In this document: in pieces, positions 56,690 to 64,000 of the stretch
Layout of the letters: every line of letters begins with the position of its first letter
Numbering within the stretch: position 1 is the first letter of the stretch
NCBI GenBank assembly: GCA_964016885.1
Contig: OZ024742.1
Location: forward strand, 291,834,001 to 291,898,000
Origin: Eledone cirrhosa
Taxonomy: Eukaryota
Direction of reading: 5' to 3'
DNA: 64,000 nt
Program-made: the position numbers and the translations under genes
Notes under the pieces: generated by a model
Seen by the model: only the letters and a program-made list of their open reading frames with translations
Databases searched by the model: none
What the model was told of the DNA's origin: nothing

Positions 56690-59600
56690 ACCCCACACCC
56701 CTCCCACCCGCCCCCACACACCACCATTCTTAATACGTGCGCCAATCATAAGCCAGAGCCCCCCCCCCCCCACGCATCACCATTATTATTATTACGCGGA
56801 CCAATCATAAGCCAGAGGCCTATACTATCGCTTGCCTGGTTGCCTCCGATATATGATGGATGGATGGATGGATGGATGGACTGCGGAATCCTGGAGAGTG
56901 GAAGGGAGAGAAAAATCTGGACGCTCAGAGCGAAAATGCCAAAGTTAAAGTCAAATTCACCTCGTGGACGAGAATGCGAGCACTCCTCTTTGTTTCGTCC
57001 GCGGATGGCTAACATAACCCCATCTCCCCCCGTCCCCCCCACCGCCCCCACCCTCCAAACACAATCCAAAACTTCAGAGTTGGTACCATAAATGTAGGCA
57101 CCCTAAAGGGTCGCGCTAACGAGGTTGTAGAAATGCTTGAACGTAAGGAGGTCGATGTTTGTTGTATTCAAGAGACCAGGTGGAGGGGTGGGTCTGCTAG
57201 ATTCATTGAGGGTAAAAAACGATGTTATAAGCTTTTCTGGGTGGGAAACGACGATGGGCTGGGTGGAGTAGGAATCATGGTAGCAGAAAAGTGGGCAGAT
57301 AAGATAATAGACGTAAATAGAGTGAACGACAGAATAATTAAAATACGACTTGTCCTCAATAGAACTACGGTGACAGTAATATCTGCGTACGCACCCCAGT
57401 CCGGACTGCCCAGCACTATAAAAGACAGATTCTATGAGACACTGATGCTAACCACCTCCCAAATATCCGACAGTGACTATATAATTATTGCAGGCGACCT
57501 AGATGGTCACGTTGGACAACATTGTGACGGCTACGACGAAATCCATGGAGGCTATGGGTTTGGTACTAGAAATGAGGAAGGCTCCAGAATCCTGGAATTC
57601 TGTGATGCAAATAACCTAACTATCTGTAACACTAACTTCAAAAAACGTGACAATCACCTCATCACCTATAGATCCGGGGAACACACAAGCCAGGTAGATT
57701 ATATCCTTACCAGAAGACGTGACAGAGTGTCTGTTGTAAACACTAAATCCCTCCCCCATGAAGAATGCACCTCCCAACATAGACTGATAATTAGCGACCT
57801 CATAGTCAGGACGAGACGTACTCGACAGCAGAAGAGGACTATCCTCAGGAGAAAAATATGGAAGCTAAAGGACCCCACAGCCAGAAATAAATTTCAAAGC
57901 ATATTACTTGATGCTTTCGACAGTAAGGAAGAACATTTAGAGTCGGACAATATAGAGGGACAGTGGGAATTTCTGAAAGCAAACCTGCTGTTGGCGACAG
58001 ACGAAGTCTGTGGCTGGAGCAGGCCTGTAGGCAGGAGGAGAGTAACATGGTGGTGGAACAGTAAGGTGGAGGGGTCAATTAAGGCCAAAAAGCAGGCTTG
58101 GAAAGTATGGCGGGATGGGGGAAGTAGAGTAGACTATCAAGTGGCCAGGAGGGAAGCTAGGAGAGAAGTGTACTTAGCAAGAAGGGAAGCTGAGGAAAGA
58201 AAGTTCAAGCATGTTCTACAACGCGATGACCAAAAACGTGAGGTGTTCAGGATTGCTAGGCAATGCGTCAAGGAAAACCGTGATATTGTCGGGGAGAAGT
58301 GTGTACTTAACGATGATGGCATACTTGCCATCACCGACGCTGATAAGAAGGTAGCTTGGAAGTGTCACTATGAAAGGCTACTAAATGAGGAGAATAAATG
58401 GGAGAAAGACAGTCTCCCCCATATCGACCCAATAGAGGGACCAGCAGTGTTAGTCGAGGGGAGTATAATAAGTAAGGCAATCAAGGATATGAAGACGGGT
58501 AAGGCGACTGGGCCTTCGGAAATAGTTGCTGAGATGCTGAAGGCATCTGGCACGGTGGGACACACCATGGTCACCCGCATAGTTAACCAAGTCGTACAGA
58601 ATGGGGTTGTTCCGAAGGACTGGCATAGCAGCATCATCGTTAACTGTTATAAGGGTAAAGGAGACGCCCTAGATAGGAGTAACTATAGAGGCATTAAATT
58701 AATCGACCAGGTCATGAAGGTCACGGAAAAAGTAATAGCGCAACTAATCAGAGAGAGAATTGACCTAGATGAAATGCAGTTCGGGTTTGTGTCAGGCAAA
58801 AGTACCACAGACGCTCTTTTCATAGTACGACACCTACAGGAGAAGTACCTAGCTAAAGGTAAACCCCTCTACTTAGCTTTTGTCGACTTGGAGAAAGCCT
58901 TCGATAGAGTCCCCCGCTCCATTATCTGGTGGGCTCTTAGAAAACTAGGCGTTGACGAATGGCTTGTGAGGGCTATACAAGCCATGTATAAAGAAACAGT
59001 CAGCAAGGTTAGAATTAACAACGAATATAGTGAAGAGTTTAGCGTAAAAGTTGGCGTCCATCAGGGCTCTGTTCTCAGCCCCCTACTATTTATTATTGCC
59101 CTTCAGGCTATAACAGAGGAGTTCAAGACAGGCTGCCCATGGGAACTCCTATACGCAGACGACCTGACACTCATAGCGGAATCAATGGCCGAGCTAGAGA
59201 AGAAATTCCAAACATGGAAGCACGGCCTAGAGTCAAAAGGACTTAAAATTAACCTGGCTAAGACCAAAGTTCTAGTTTGTAGGAAAGAAAACAAGGCGGC
59301 GGTCCCTTCTGGGAAATGGTCATGCTCGGTGTGTAGGAAAGGCGTAGGTAGAAACTCCATTTTATGTCCTAAATGCAAAGTATGGGTGCATAAAAGATGT
59401 AGTGGGATCACAGGTAAGCTAACTAAGAACATAGATTTTACATGTGGCCGGTGTTCTGGTGCAATAAGTAGCAGCAAGTGCCCACAAAATACTAGCTCTT
59501 TCAATTGCGCAGAGGGTTCTATAGAAATAGTGGACAGCTTCCGTTACCTGGGCGATAAAATCAGCAGTGGGGGAGGGTGCTCTGAAAGTACTGTAGCTAG

Positions 59601-60505
59601 AGTCAGAACTGGTTGGAAAAAGTTCAGAGAGCTTATACCACTATTAGCTGCTAAAGGGTTCTCCCTAAAAATGAAAGGCAGGTTGTACGATGCCTGCATA
59701 CGAACAGCAATGTTGCATGGCAGTGAGACCTGGGCATTGTGTGCAGAGGATATACGCAGACTAGAGAGGAACGAAGCTTGCATGCTCCGCTGGATGTGTA
59801 ACAGTAATATACGTGAACGGCAAAGCATAAACGAACTAAGGAAAAAATTAGAAATAAGAGGGATCAGATGTTGTTTACTCGAGAGAAGGCTACGTTGGTA
59901 TGGACACGTGATGCGCATGAAAGTCGATAGCTGTATAACAAAGTGCAGGGCAATAAAGATAGACGATAGCCACGGAATAGGCATACCTAGAAAAACCTGG
60001 GACGAGCTGATAAACTCCGACCTCACACACTTACACCTCTCCAAGACAATGTCACTGGACCGAGACCTTTGGCGGTACTCAGTAACAGAGAAGACCCGCC
60101 TTACCTAAATACATAGTAAAACCTACTACAGCCAGTAGGCATCTCTAACAAAATACCGCCCCCCCCCCCCCCTCACACACACACACACCCCATCCAAAAC
60201 CACCCCGTTCTATGTAAAGTTATGTTGGTGCCACACCATCCAGGCCGAAACAAATGAGATCGTGTAGGTGCCACGACAAAAAAACACACAGTCCACGCTG
60301 TAATGTGGCCGTGTAGGCAACACGGTAAAAACCTCCCAGACCCACACTGTAAATGTGGTTGGGAGTTAGGAAGGGCATCCAACTGTAGAAAACCTGCCAG
60401 ACAGTCCTATGCGAGCAAGACAATCACTCTTGCCTCAAGTGGGACTACCCCCGTCCAAACCCATGCAAGCGTGGAACACGGACGTTAAACGTTGATGATG
60501 ATGGT
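56690..60505 (+). mobile_element. Near-full-length RTE-clade LINE (5' UTR, single ORF, 3' UTR, (GAT)n tail)
   Basis: One long EN+RT ORF. The 3' UTR carries GTTAGGAAGGGCATCCA...CCCATGCAAGCGTGGAACACGGACGTTAAAC and ends in GATGATGAT. The 5' boundary is approximate and no TSD is visible. Confidence 0.93.
57133..60108 (+). CDS. RTE LINE polyprotein: APE-like endonuclease, reverse transcriptase, inserted PHD-like zinc finger
   Basis: EN motifs CIQETRW, SAYAPQ, GDLDGH, QVDYIL, SQHRL. RT motifs YKGKGD-NYRGIKL, QFGF, FVDLEKAFDRV, GVHQGSVLSPLLF, LYADD, FRYLG, HGSETW, RLRWYGHV. The frame stays open upstream to 57013 and includes RVGTINVGTL. Confidence 0.96.
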   Translation: MLERKEVDVCCIQETRWRGGSARFIEGKKRCYKLFWVGNDDGLGGVGIMVAEKWADKIIDVNRVNDRIIKIRLVLNRTTVTVISAYAPQSGLPSTIKDRFYETLMLTTSQISDSDYIIIAGDLDGHVGQHCDGYDEIHGGYGFGTRNEEGSRILEFCDANNLTICNTNFKKRDNHLITYRSGEHTSQVDYILTRRRDRVSVVNTKSLPHEECTSQHRLIISDLIVRTRRTRQQKRTILRRKIWKLKDPTARNKFQSILLDAFDSKEEHLESDNIEGQWEFLKANLLLATDEVCGWSRPVGRRRVTWWWNSKVEGSIKAKKQAWKVWRDGGSRVDYQVARREARREVYLARREAEERKFKHVLQRDDQKREVFRIARQCVKENRDIVGEKCVLNDDGILAITDADKKVAWKCHYERLLNEENKWEKDSLPHIDPIEGPAVLVEGSIISKAIKDMKTGKATGPSEIVAEMLKASGTVGHTMVTRIVNQVVQNGVVPKDWHSSIIVNCYKGKGDALDRSNYRGIKLIDQVMKVTEKVIAQLIRERIDLDEMQFGFVSGKSTTDALFIVRHLQEKYLAKGKPLYLAFVDLEKAFDRVPRSIIWWALRKLGVDEWLVRAIQAMYKETVSKVRINNEYSEEFSVKVGVHQGSVLSPLLFIIALQAITEEFKTGCPWELLYADDLTLIAESMAELEKKFQTWKHGLESKGLKINLAKTKVLVCRKENKAAVPSGKWSCSVCRKGVGRNSILCPKCKVWVHKRCSGITGKLTKNIDFTCGRCSGAISSSKCPQNTSSFNCAEGSIEIVDSFRYLGDKISSGGGCSESTVARVRTGWKKFRELIPLLAAKGFSLKMKGRLYDACIRTAMLHGSETWALCAEDIRRLERNEACMLRWMCNSNIRERQSINELRKKLEIRGIRCCLLERRLRWYGHVMRMKVDSCITKCRAIKIDDSHGIGIPRKTWDELINSDLTHLHLSKTMSLDRDLWRYSVTEKTRLT

Positions 60506-60510
60506 GAGTA

Positions 60511-61594
<1,084 letters not shown>

Positions 61595-61988
61595 TTATTA
61601 AAATAACAGATTAAAGTTTAACCAAAGAATCGCTGCTTTCACCCTTAACGGGATCTTCTGAAAGTCAATCTGTGAACGCAGAAGCGAATATTTCAAAAAA
61701 CGTTGCAACCAGAGGAAGACAGGAAGACGATACTTTGGTTTGTGGAAATGTTCCCTGGCAAGGAACGGGAAAAAACGAATATAATGCGTCATTATTTGGA
61801 GCAGTGAAAAACAATTACACGCAAAGACAGGACCAATAATATTCTATTAGGTGGTTCATAGAGACATTCTCCGGCAATGAACGGAAAAAATGATATCTTT
61901 ATCGAGCCGTCTTTGGATTTTAGTCTTAAAATTTATTATTATTACTATATATATACATATATATATATACATACATATATATATACAT

Positions 61989-62314
61989 AGTGGTTAGAGC
62001 ATTGGCCTTGCAATCGAAAGGTTGTGAGTTCAATTCTCAGACCGGGTGATGTGTTTCCTTGAACAAGACACTTTATTTCATTGCTCCAGTTTACTCAGCT
62101 GTAGAAATGAGATGATAGGGACTGGAGTCCCTATCATTCCACTGCAAAGTGGTCGTGGAGGTGCCACGGCAAAAAAGCACCCATCACTCACTGTAAATGA
62201 GGTTGGTGTTAGGAAGGGCATCCAGCTGTAGAAATCAAGCCAGAATCCTGTTCCCGTCCCACCTTTGCAAGCAGGGAAAAGCGGACGTAAAAATGAGGAT
62301 GATGATGATGATGA
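61989..62314 (+). mobile_element. SINE family B copy
   Basis: Near-identical to 51318-51640. Confidence 0.88.
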
Positions 62315-62337
62315 TATATATATACATATATATATAG

Positions 62338-64000
62338 AGACCAAGAGGGAAGCTAGGCGACAAATATACTTAGCTAGAAGGGAAGCAGTGGATAGAAATT
62401 CAAGCATGTTTTGAAACGTGAGGACGAGAAACAGGAGGTTTCAAGATTGCGAGGCAGTGTGTCGGAGAGAATTGTGATGTCATTGGGGAGAAGTGTATCC
62501 AAAATGATAAAGGTGAGCTTGCCCTCACAAGTGCTAAGAAGAAAGATGCATGGAAGAGCCATTATGATAGATTACTAAATGAGGAGAATGCATGGGAAGA
62601 AGAGACACTACCCCAAGTAGACCCTATAGAGGGGCCAGCAGTACAAGTCAGCAGCAGAGTAGTAATAGTAAGTAAGGCAATCAAAGGTATGGAGATGGGG
62701 AAGGCAACCGGTCCATTGGGTATAACTGCCGAGATGCTGAAGGCATCTGGGTCTGTAGGTCACACTATAACCACACGTATTGTTAACCAGGTAATACTAG
62801 GTGTCATACCAAAAGATTGGTGCAGTAGCATCATTGTCAACTGCTACAAAGGTAAAGGAGATGCACTAGATAGAGGAAACTATAGAGGTATAAAGCTGAT
62901 GGACCAGGTCATGAAAGAAACAGAAAGTTATAGCACAGTTGATTAGGCACCGGGTGAAACTAGATGAGATGCAATTTGGGTTTGTACCAGGAAGAGGCAC
63001 CACTGATGCCCTCTTCCTTGTGAGGCAGTTACAGGAAAAGTACCTAGCTAAAAGTAAGCCACTCTACCTGGCATTCGTCGATCTCGAGAAAGCCTTTGAC
63101 AGAGTTCCACGTGCTGTAATCTGGTGGGCTCTTAGAAAACTAGGAGTAGATGAATGGCTTGTGAAAGCTGTACAAGCCATGTATAGGGGAGCAGTCAGCA
63201 AAGTTAGGATTAGCAATGAGTATAGCGAGGGATTTAGCGTACAGGTTGGTGTCCACCAGGGTTCTGTTCTTAGCCCTCTCCTGTTCATGATAGTCCTGCA
63301 GGCAATAATGGAGGAGTTTAAGACCGGATGCCCATGGGAACTCCTGTATGCTGACTACCTCGCACTTATAGCTGAATCTATGGTAGAACTAGAGAAGAAA
63401 TTCCAAACTTGGAAGCAGGGACTAGAAAGAAAGGGTATCAAAGTCAACATGACAAAGAATAAGGTCCTTGTAAGTAGACGAGAAAACAGAACCCAGATCC
63501 CCTCAAGGAAATGGCCTTGCTCAGTATGTAGAAAAGGTGTAGGTAGGAACTCCATTCTCTGCCCCAAATGCAAACAATGGGTACACAAGAGATGTAGTGG
63601 GATCTCAGGAAGCTTAATTAAGAATGTAGGCTTCACATGCAGCAGCTGTGCTGGGACAGCAAGCAGCAAACAGCCACAGGAAACAAGTACCACCAATCTC
63701 TGGGAGGGCTCTGTAGAAACAGTAGACAGCTTCTGCTACCTAGGTGACCGAATTAGCAGCGGAGGTGGGTGTTCAGAAAGTACAATAACTAGGGTAAGAA
63801 CGGGATGGAAGAAGTTCAGGGAACTACTGCTACTGCTAGCTGCAAAAGGCTTCTTCCTCAAAATGAAAGGCAGACTGTATGATGCGTGTATCCGAACAGC
63901 AATGTTACATGGTAGTGAGACCTGGGCGCTGAAGGTGGAATACTTGCGTAGATTAGAAAGAAACGAAGCCTGCATGCTCCGATGGATGTGTAATAGTAAT
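62338..64000 (+). pseudogene. 5'-truncated, frameshifted RTE LINE copy (diverged subfamily), running off the window end
   Basis: Collinear with 58140-59810 of the intact copy (GKATGP, YKGKGDALDRGNYRGIKL, FVDLEKAFDRVP, PHD cysteines). Frameshifts are present and catalytic YADD reads YADY. Confidence 0.92.

Noticed and set aside
61625-61670. Minus-strand hammerhead (CAGAAGA-TCCC..GGGT-GAAA)
   Set aside because: Core U is mutated, no valid stem I and no clear cleavage triplet.

Overview
AT-rich, repeat-dense eukaryotic DNA. The SINE families, RTE LINEs and long (TA)n tracts suggest an octopod cephalopod (inferred, not database-checked). Most of the window is intronic or intergenic repeat: a near-full-length RTE LINE (APE endonuclease, RT with an inserted PHD-type zinc finger), a second decayed RTE, many RTE fragments, at least three tRNA-derived SINE families, TTAA-type and hAT MITEs, a long-TIR element with GC-rich cargo, and 0.7-1.7 kb compound (TA)n arrays that produce most long ORF-track entries. 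Two candidate first coding exons lie head-to-head at 33-35 kb. The minus-strand one resembles a mitochondrial presequence and has a plausible 90-nt downstream exon. The most notable structural signal is a complete type I hammerhead ribozyme fold (31877-31942) inside a Penelope-style inverted repeat, with further partial or degenerate hammerheads elsewhere. All folds and splice models were read by eye and need computational or transcript confirmation.
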